DNA of 64,000 nt from Minisyncoccota bacterium. Lineage in GTDB: Bacteria > Patescibacteriota > Minisyncoccia > Phycocordibacterales > UBA9973. The stretch lies in assembly GCA_017991895.1 (NCBI GenBank), contig JAGOPR010000001.1:13089-77088 (forward strand), in the 5' to 3' direction. The notes beneath the pieces are model-generated. The model made no database searches, was not told where the DNA came from, and was given only the letters and a program-made list of their open reading frames with translations. Made by a program: the position numbers and the translations under genes. Positions 57,645-64,000 of the stretch are shown here, piece after piece (the stretch's first letter is position 1; each line of letters opens with the position of its first letter).

Positions 57645-59990
57645 TTATTCTGACAATACGTTTCGTAGCACCTCTTCAGGAATTTCTCGTATTTTCTTTT
57701 CGCCAACTGGTTTCTCTTGTTCTGGTTTTTTTTCTTCTTGTATTGGAGGAACTGGTGTGGGTTCAATTTTTACCGGTTCAGGAATTTTTTTCTCTTCTAC
57801 TTTTTGTACATCTCCGACTTTGGGCGCACTATTTGTAGCTTTTGCAATTGCACTAGCGAGCGCTGACATACGTTCTTCTGAAGCCTGCTTTGATGCGAAC
57901 ACTTTTTGAGTAGGAACTACAGATGATTCTGCTTCTGGTTTTTTAAGTGAAGAAAGAGAAATTGTTTGCTTTTCTGGTTCTGGATTTCCGTTTTCTGGTT
58001 TCGTAACGTTAGAATTCTTTTCGTCTTTAATATTTGCACTTTGCATGTTTTTTGAGAGAGCATCTCCAAGAGCTGATTTCAAAATACTCTGAAGACCTTC
58101 GTGATCAGGAGTCGCACGCTCCTTTGCCGGTCGAATATTTTTTGGTCTTGGTTCAGAAACTGGCGTAGATGATGGAGCAGGTACTGGCGAAACAGGAGCT
58201 TGCTGAGTATGAGTCGCCATTGGTTTTGCCACTGACGCAACAGGTCGAACTTGTTGAGGTGGGACACTAGGGATCGAGACCGTAGGACTAGGTCGTGGAG
58301 TGGTAACCGGAGGCGGAACAGTTACGGGCCTCGACATTTGCGGTCGAGACACGAACGCTGGTGGAACTGGTTTCTTCAAAACAGCTGGACTTCGAGTCGG
58401 AGAAAGTTTTGCTGCGTCAGAATCTCCTTCAGGTAAATATTCGATACCGAGACCAGCAAGAGCTGAGTACGATTGTGGCTCGAGAGCCCGAGCACGTGAA
58501 GTACCTTTGACCGGTTTCATTTCCCCGCTCTTAATTTTCGCAATACAGTCCTTACAATACACAGGTCGGCCTTCTTCCGGCTCAAATGGAACAGTAGTTT
58601 CTTTTCCACAAGAAGAACATACGGCTTTAAATTTGCCTGTCTCTTCAAGACCAACAAGCATTCCACTCCAATCATTGATTTCTTTTTCAACAATTTCTTT
58701 CGGACGAGCGTATAGCTTTCGAGACATTTCTATAATCTCTTGAGCAACAGTACTTTCAACGGGGATTTTAAATGGTGTGAGTGTTTTTGCAGAAAAGGGT
58801 CGGCTTGTTACCCCATCTACCATAAGCTTTAGATAGATTGTGTAGTTTGGAAGGTTCACCATGTCTTGCGGTGTAAATTCCGGCTCAAATTCTTGCTCAA
58901 GATATTCGGCATCTGCGGCACCGATGCGGAAAATGATTATCGTTCCAACGTTACCGAAAACAGCATCACGAACTGCCTCAGAATCTTTTGTGACAAGCTG
59001 AGCAATGTATTGGTGAGCGAGAGTGAGGTTTAGGCGGTATTTACGAGCTTCAGAGAGAATACTCGCAAATGCGTCTGTAACGAAGTTTTGGAATTCGTCC
59101 ACATACAAATAGAAATCTTTACGGTCATCTTCAGGAATACGCACGCGCTCCATGGCGGCGAGCTGGAGCTTGGTAATAATCATACCTCCCAAGAGTGCTG
59201 AGTTGTCTTCACCGATACGTCCCTTTGAAACGTTCACGAGAAATATTTTTCCAGTGTTCATCAAACTAAAAAGATCGAGTGTGGATTTTGATTGTCCGAC
59301 AACATTACGCACGATAGAAGTTGATAGGAATTGTCCAACTTTGTTTTGAATCGGAGCGATAGCTTCGTTACGATATTGATCACGCCAGTTTTCATATTCA
59401 TGAACCCAGAAGGCTTTAATCACTGGATCTTTCAAATTATTGATGACTACCTGACGGTAGTCTTTGTCCACAAGAAGACGCGGAATACCAAGGAGTGTAG
59501 AGCCAGGCGTATCAACAAGCGCCAAGATCGCGTTGTTCAAAATATATTCCATACGAGCAGACCACGCGTTTGCCCAAATCTTTGTAAAAATTCCCATCAG
59601 ACCGGACGCCACAAGATGCTTGTAGCGTGGATCGTCGAGCTGAAGCACATTGAAACCGACGTGGTAATCCGCGTCAGCTGGGTTGAAATATATAACATCT
59701 TTTGCACGGTGAGCAGGGATTGTCGCAAGAATTGATTCGACAAGTTCTCCGTGAGGGTCGACAACGCAAACACCTTCGCCGTTCCAGACGTTTTGAACAA
59801 TCATATTTGCTAGAAGCGCAGATTTTCCGGAGCCGGATTTACCCAACAGGTACATGTGTTGCCGGCGATCTTTTCTTTTGATGCCGAAAACTTGTTCGTT
59901 GGCTCGGAAATTCGTCTTTGCCAAATACGTAAGATTTTTATTAAAGGCTATCCCGTCAGGGAGAAAGTCCATATGCCGTATATTATACAA
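57645..59990 (-). CDS. FtsK/HerA-superfamily ATPase (TraD/VirD4/AAA_10-like) with C-terminal zinc ribbon and Pro-rich disordered tail (paralog A)
   Basis: Walker A GKSGSGKS, VVDPHGE, Walker B YLYVDEFQNF; CSSCGKE...YCKDC; long P/S/T/V-rich tail. Confidence 0.6.
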   Translation of the reverse strand: MYNIRHMDFLPDGIAFNKNLTYLAKTNFRANEQVFGIKRKDRRQHMYLLGKSGSGKSALLANMIVQNVWNGEGVCVVDPHGELVESILATIPAHRAKDVIYFNPADADYHVGFNVLQLDDPRYKHLVASGLMGIFTKIWANAWSARMEYILNNAILALVDTPGSTLLGIPRLLVDKDYRQVVINNLKDPVIKAFWVHEYENWRDQYRNEAIAPIQNKVGQFLSTSIVRNVVGQSKSTLDLFSLMNTGKIFLVNVSKGRIGEDNSALLGGMIITKLQLAAMERVRIPEDDRKDFYLYVDEFQNFVTDAFASILSEARKYRLNLTLAHQYIAQLVTKDSEAVRDAVFGNVGTIIIFRIGAADAEYLEQEFEPEFTPQDMVNLPNYTIYLKLMVDGVTSRPFSAKTLTPFKIPVESTVAQEIIEMSRKLYARPKEIVEKEINDWSGMLVGLEETGKFKAVCSSCGKETTVPFEPEEGRPVYCKDCIAKIKSGEMKPVKGTSRARALEPQSYSALAGLGIEYLPEGDSDAAKLSPTRSPAVLKKPVPPAFVSRPQMSRPVTVPPPVTTPRPSPTVSIPSVPPQQVRPVASVAKPMATHTQQAPVSPVPAPSSTPVSEPRPKNIRPAKERATPDHEGLQSILKSALGDALSKNMQSANIKDEKNSNVTKPENGNPEPEKQTISLSSLKKPEAESSVVPTQKVFASKQASEERMSALASAIAKATNSAPKVGDVQKVEEKKIPEPVKIEPTPVPPIQEEKKPEQEKPVGEKKIREIPEEVLRNVLSE

Positions 59991-60026
59991 GCTTTAAAGC
60001 TGTAAAGCTATATAGCTGTTAAGCTT

Positions 60027-61727
60027 TTATAGTACCTCTTTTTGGTAACAGGATTCGCAGTAGACCACCTCAGGGCGTCCTTTTTCATATGGCGTTCTGA
60101 TATCTTTTTTGCAGTTATCACAAGTACGATCAAAGAGTTTAGTTGGCAAAAGCATTTTGTAGCGTTCTTTATGGCGCTCGGCTCCTGCTACTCGCGGAAT
60201 CGGCAAACCTGCTTGGCGATAGAAAGAAAGTTCAGCTGGCACAATACGATACGCTTTTCCAGAAACCTCACACTTTAAAATCATTTTTAGTATATCGTCG
60301 CCGACATCTTTGATATCGTCCGGAATCGTATAGTCAGAAAATTCGTAGTGAGTATCAGAAACATAGTCGCTCCATTTATATCCTTGTGCGAGCGCTTCTT
60401 CTTTTGAAAGCGGAAAAATATCGGGAGCAGTTGTTTCATTGTATCCATAGGAAGAAAATTCTGTTGGAAAAAATTCTCCATATTTATACACTCGCCCCAT
60501 CTTGTCCACATATGGCATATCCTGCATGTGTTTTTTAATTCTAGGTAAAAGCTCGTTATATTCTTCTTTCGTATATTTTTTATTAAGAATCGTATATTCT
60601 GCACCACGAACACAAACGCATCCAAAACAATTACTAACACTTCCTACCATTGTCGAATACTCGACAGTATTGATAGTCACTTTCTTAAGTGGGTCATTCG
60701 AAATGCAGAAAAGCAAAAATTTTGAATCATAGACTCCCCCACTGTGAGCACATTCATACGCGAGCTCGGCAGCGCCAAGGCAACTACAATCATACAAGTC
60801 ACGTGCCCACCCAGTAATAAAGAGATTTTTAGAATTTTCAATCTTTGTGCATTCCCAGACATTATGAGAATTCTTTGCTTCCGAAACTGCGTTACCCGTA
60901 GTGTCTACGGATTTAAAAATAGTATTTTCGCGGTGTGGAGAATTATTCCAAATAGGAACAATCTGCTCCTTCCACCATGAAAGTCCACGGTGAGATGATA
61001 TTGGATGTTCGGACAAAAATTTCTGATATTCCTCTTTTGTATACTGCTCGTTAAAAATACAGTATTGCTTGTTGCGCAGTCCGGCACAACCAATAACATT
61101 GCTACAATTGCGACAGTCATATGAGAGGACTGTATTTAAGGAATCGTGGCATTCATAGGAAAAGTGTGTGAAATAATCTCTCTCGCAGTGCACATTATTT
61201 GAAGAATGATCAGAGTTAAATATCCAATAATTATCGAAGCAGTTTTTGCACTGAACTCCGTATGTACAATATGCACAGTCTTCGTTGTACATCCCTCCTA
61301 CATTCATATAACAATTTTTACTATCATTCTCTTGATTTATCCATTCACTATTTATTGCATTTGAATTCAGTATTGATATTTGTGGAACAGCAAGGAAAAG
61401 CTCGAGCCATTGCTCGAAAAATGGTCGTAAAAAATCATACTCTTTACCGTATGAACACGGGTCCCATTTGTCGCTCCACCAGCATTTTGAACAATACATG
61501 GGGAAAGTCTTATCTGGAGATACACGAGAAACAACACTCGTGCCACACAAATCACAATCACGCTTGTAGAAATTACGTTCGTTACGAAAGGCAAGCCTGC
61601 GCTGAAAACGGCAGTCCGCACAAAACGTTGGAGGTGGAACATTTACCTTCTGGTAAAAGTCAAAGTCCTCTGGCTCAATCGTAAAGTCATTCTTACAGTT
61701 CTGGCAATTTCGGGTTTCGTTTTGCAT
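60027..61727 (-). CDS. Large cysteine-rich multi-zinc-ribbon protein (566 aa), paralog 1
   Basis: N- and C-terminal CxxC..FY..P..CxxCR..Y..CxxC double zinc ribbons; two internal Cys modules each ending in YCIxNxQYTKEEY. Confidence 0.55.
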   Translation of the reverse strand: MQNETRNCQNCKNDFTIEPEDFDFYQKVNVPPPTFCADCRFQRRLAFRNERNFYKRDCDLCGTSVVSRVSPDKTFPMYCSKCWWSDKWDPCSYGKEYDFLRPFFEQWLELFLAVPQISILNSNAINSEWINQENDSKNCYMNVGGMYNEDCAYCTYGVQCKNCFDNYWIFNSDHSSNNVHCERDYFTHFSYECHDSLNTVLSYDCRNCSNVIGCAGLRNKQYCIFNEQYTKEEYQKFLSEHPISSHRGLSWWKEQIVPIWNNSPHRENTIFKSVDTTGNAVSEAKNSHNVWECTKIENSKNLFITGWARDLYDCSCLGAAELAYECAHSGGVYDSKFLLFCISNDPLKKVTINTVEYSTMVGSVSNCFGCVCVRGAEYTILNKKYTKEEYNELLPRIKKHMQDMPYVDKMGRVYKYGEFFPTEFSSYGYNETTAPDIFPLSKEEALAQGYKWSDYVSDTHYEFSDYTIPDDIKDVGDDILKMILKCEVSGKAYRIVPAELSFYRQAGLPIPRVAGAERHKERYKMLLPTKLFDRTCDNCKKDIRTPYEKGRPEVVYCESCYQKEVL

Positions 61728-61764
61728 TTGGATTTTCTATTAACTACTATCTACTAATTACTAA

Positions 61765-63420
61765 CTAGTTAATATTCTGCTTATAACATGCCTCGCAGGC
61801 AATCTTCGTATATCCCCATTCCTTTGGGTAGTACGCACCCACCTCATTATTGCAGTAAATGCAATTATAAGATTCCGCTTTCCACGGAGCCATCGTGCGC
61901 ATACGGTTTTTTGTACGGACATCAAAATGGACACGAGGAAGCGCAATTCCCTTTCGTGAAAGGAATTTGAATTCTTCAGGTGCGATGTTGAATCGCCAGC
62001 CAGTTTCTGGACAAATAAGTGCCTGCTTAGAGATGGTTTCGTCTACTTCCGTAATACTATTTGGCAATTCGCTCGTTGGAATACCGTCTACTTGGCTCTC
62101 AACGTTGTCATTCCAGTACCCGCCTCTAGCAAGTACAAATTCCTTTGTGATTTCTGGCATATAAATCGAAGCCGTAGTGAGATTATAATCACAAAGCCCC
62201 ATGTTATACGGCAAAAACTGCCCATATTCACCATGTGCTTTCATGTCAGCGATTATCTTTTCACGAAGTGCCTCATATTCTTCTTTTGTATATTGCCTAT
62301 TTAAAATACAATATTTTTTCTTTCGAAGCCCAACACATCCAAAACAATATTCAACTTCAAGACACTCATCGAGATATTCTGAATAGCGCCCTTCGCTCCA
62401 TGAGGAATAATGAAGTCCGTACCCTCCAGTGCAACAACTGTCATTTCCGCACACCTCGACTTTCCATGAACCAAGAAGATCAATGCAGTCCTTTGCTTCA
62501 CGTCCACGAAGACAATTCACACAATTTTCTGATTCTTCCCATCCGAAAACGTTCTGGCAATTGTTGCAATCTGCAAGGTATGTTCCTTTCGATGCATAGG
62601 TGTTTAGTGTGAAATTCTCTCGATGCACTGTCTCTTCTCGCAAGATTTCAACATAGCGTGCCTTTAGCTTTTCAAGTCCTGCGTATGAACTCATGTCATA
62701 TTCTTTAAGCTTTTCAAAATATTCTTCTTTTGTGTACTGCACATTTTCGATACAATATTGCGCACCGCGGAGATTCCAACACATCGTACAATTGCTGCAG
62801 TTTCGGCAGTCGTACAAAAATCGTGAGTTCATACAGTCACGGCAATTTCTTGAAAAATAAAGTTCGAAGGAGTGAAAGGAATAGGTACACTCGTAGCAAT
62901 TGTCTAGGGTAAATGCATGGGAGATATCCATCGAATCTTTCGCATCAAAAGAACGATATCCATACAAAAGATTTTCGGAACGAGCAACTGAGCGCGTGAG
63001 GTAACAATTTTTAGAATCCCAGACATCGTCACACCAATCGCAAAGTAAGTTGTTTGTTCCTTGTTGGTGCGGACGTGGTACTTTTTCTTGCAATTCTTTT
63101 AGCTGGTCAAAAAACGGTCGTGACTCGTCATAGTCTTGCCCAAAATCCATGGCATCCCATGCATCGCTCCACCACTCTTTGGAATGGTAAATCGGATAGC
63201 GCACGCTCGCCGGAAGCATCGTTATAAGGCTTTCTCCTGAAAGTGACGATGTAGCTTTACGAAATTTACCGAATGGCCAAAATGCAAACTGCTGTGCCAT
63301 ACGGCAAGAAAAACAATTGAGTGGTATTTCAATTGCTACTTTTTCGTACAAAAGAAACTCAGGGGGTGTGATAGTAAAATCTTTCTTACAGCTCTGGCAT
63401 TGTTTCGTTTCTGTTTGCAT
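61765..63420 (-). CDS. Large cysteine-rich multi-zinc-ribbon protein (551 aa), paralog 2
   Basis: Same architecture and conserved YTKEEY modules as 60027..61727. Confidence 0.55.
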   Translation of the reverse strand: MQTETKQCQSCKKDFTITPPEFLLYEKVAIEIPLNCFSCRMAQQFAFWPFGKFRKATSSLSGESLITMLPASVRYPIYHSKEWWSDAWDAMDFGQDYDESRPFFDQLKELQEKVPRPHQQGTNNLLCDWCDDVWDSKNCYLTRSVARSENLLYGYRSFDAKDSMDISHAFTLDNCYECTYSFHSFELYFSRNCRDCMNSRFLYDCRNCSNCTMCWNLRGAQYCIENVQYTKEEYFEKLKEYDMSSYAGLEKLKARYVEILREETVHRENFTLNTYASKGTYLADCNNCQNVFGWEESENCVNCLRGREAKDCIDLLGSWKVEVCGNDSCCTGGYGLHYSSWSEGRYSEYLDECLEVEYCFGCVGLRKKKYCILNRQYTKEEYEALREKIIADMKAHGEYGQFLPYNMGLCDYNLTTASIYMPEITKEFVLARGGYWNDNVESQVDGIPTSELPNSITEVDETISKQALICPETGWRFNIAPEEFKFLSRKGIALPRVHFDVRTKNRMRTMAPWKAESYNCIYCNNEVGAYYPKEWGYTKIACEACYKQNIN

Positions 63421-63456
63421 AGTATTCTCTATTTACCATTTACTATTTAGTATTTA

Positions 63457-64000
63457 CTAAATAAGCGGTTCGGCGGTTTCTTCCACTTTCGCTGATGCAG
63501 GTGCTCCCCCACCTGACTCGTTTTTACCAGTACGCATAATTGCTGCTTTTTCTTGAGCGCTACGGATAATAGTAGACTCTTCCTCAGCAATCAAGCGCTT
63601 TGCTTCGTCTGCAGAAATTGCAAATTTTCTTCGAGATGCCTCAATTATTTTTTCCCTGTTTGATGGATATGGTGGAGTCATGACCTTCAAAGTCTCAGCA
63701 GAAAATGGGTCGTACGACTCGCCATCAATTGTCATTTTTATATAAAATTCTCCCACACCAAGGTTGATCATGTCTTTCACGTCAAAAATAGGTGCAAACT
63801 CTGGCTTTAGCTTAACTGCGTCATCGCCACCTACACGAAATGAAATCATAGACCCGACGTTTCCGAGCACGGCGGCTTCAACTTTTTCTGGAATCTGCCC
63901 CACGTACTGGTGCGCCATTGTGAGGTTGATAGCGTATTTACGAGCCTCGGAAAGAAGGTTTTCAAAAGTATCGGTCACGACGTTTTGGAACTCGTCTACG
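63457..64000 (-). CDS. FtsK/HerA-superfamily ATPase paralog B (C-terminal part; gene continues beyond the window end)
   Basis: Frame stays open to the window edge and the translation aligns with paralog A (YVDEFQNFVTD..., SEARKY.LNLT.AHQY); no zinc ribbon or Pro-rich tail. Confidence 0.6.
   Translation of the reverse strand, partial: VDEFQNVVTDTFENLLSEARKYAINLTMAHQYVGQIPEKVEAAVLGNVGSMISFRVGGDDAVKLKPEFAPIFDVKDMINLGVGEFYIKMTIDGESYDPFSAETLKVMTPPYPSNREKIIEASRRKFAISADEAKRLIAEEESTIIRSAQEKAAIMRTGKNESGGGAPASAKVEETAEPLI

Overview
AT-rich, gene-dense window with mostly short genes. The overall content looks like a Patescibacteria/CPR-type genome; that is inference from gene content, not a database hit. 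Recognisable core genes: valS (3' part), dnaK, grpE, cspA-like, uppP, lepA, murJ, leuS, alaS, mnmA, obg, ychF, tsaC, rmuC, and a ribosomal/RNAP cluster on the minus strand (infA-rpmJ-rpsM-rpsK-rpsD-rpoA-rplQ, then rplM-rpsI). rpmJ (36 aa) is absent from the ORF track and was found by hand. Accessory content: (1) a REP-associated tyrosine transposase (RAYT) tightly flanked by copies of a perfect palindromic REP-like element, next to a PIF1/RecD-like helicase, with a fourth REP copy about 6 kb away. (2) A nuclease-rich stretch: two DnaQ-like exonucleases, a Cas4-like PD-(D/E)XK nuclease, RmuC, MGMT-like and UDG family 4 proteins. (3) The most unusual locus, from 55.8 kb to the window end. It holds two paralogous FtsK/HerA-VirD4-like ATPases (one with a C-terminal zinc ribbon and a Pro-rich tail) bracketing two paralogous ~560-aa cysteine-rich proteins. 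The cysteine-rich proteins have terminal double zinc ribbons and internal Cys modules that end in a conserved 'YCIxNxQYTKEEY' motif. The locus also carries a secreted lamin-tail-domain protein and a 67-aa 10-Cys peptide. At the sequence level there are several recurring intergenic motif families: a TAGTAG/CTACTA element in leaders of minus-strand genes, an AGCT-rich element, and a ~60-nt GC-rich element present twice. Many genes have TATAAT boxes 6-11 nt before the ATG and no Shine-Dalgarno, which suggests leaderless or near-leaderless mRNAs. No rRNA, tRNA or CRISPR array was found.
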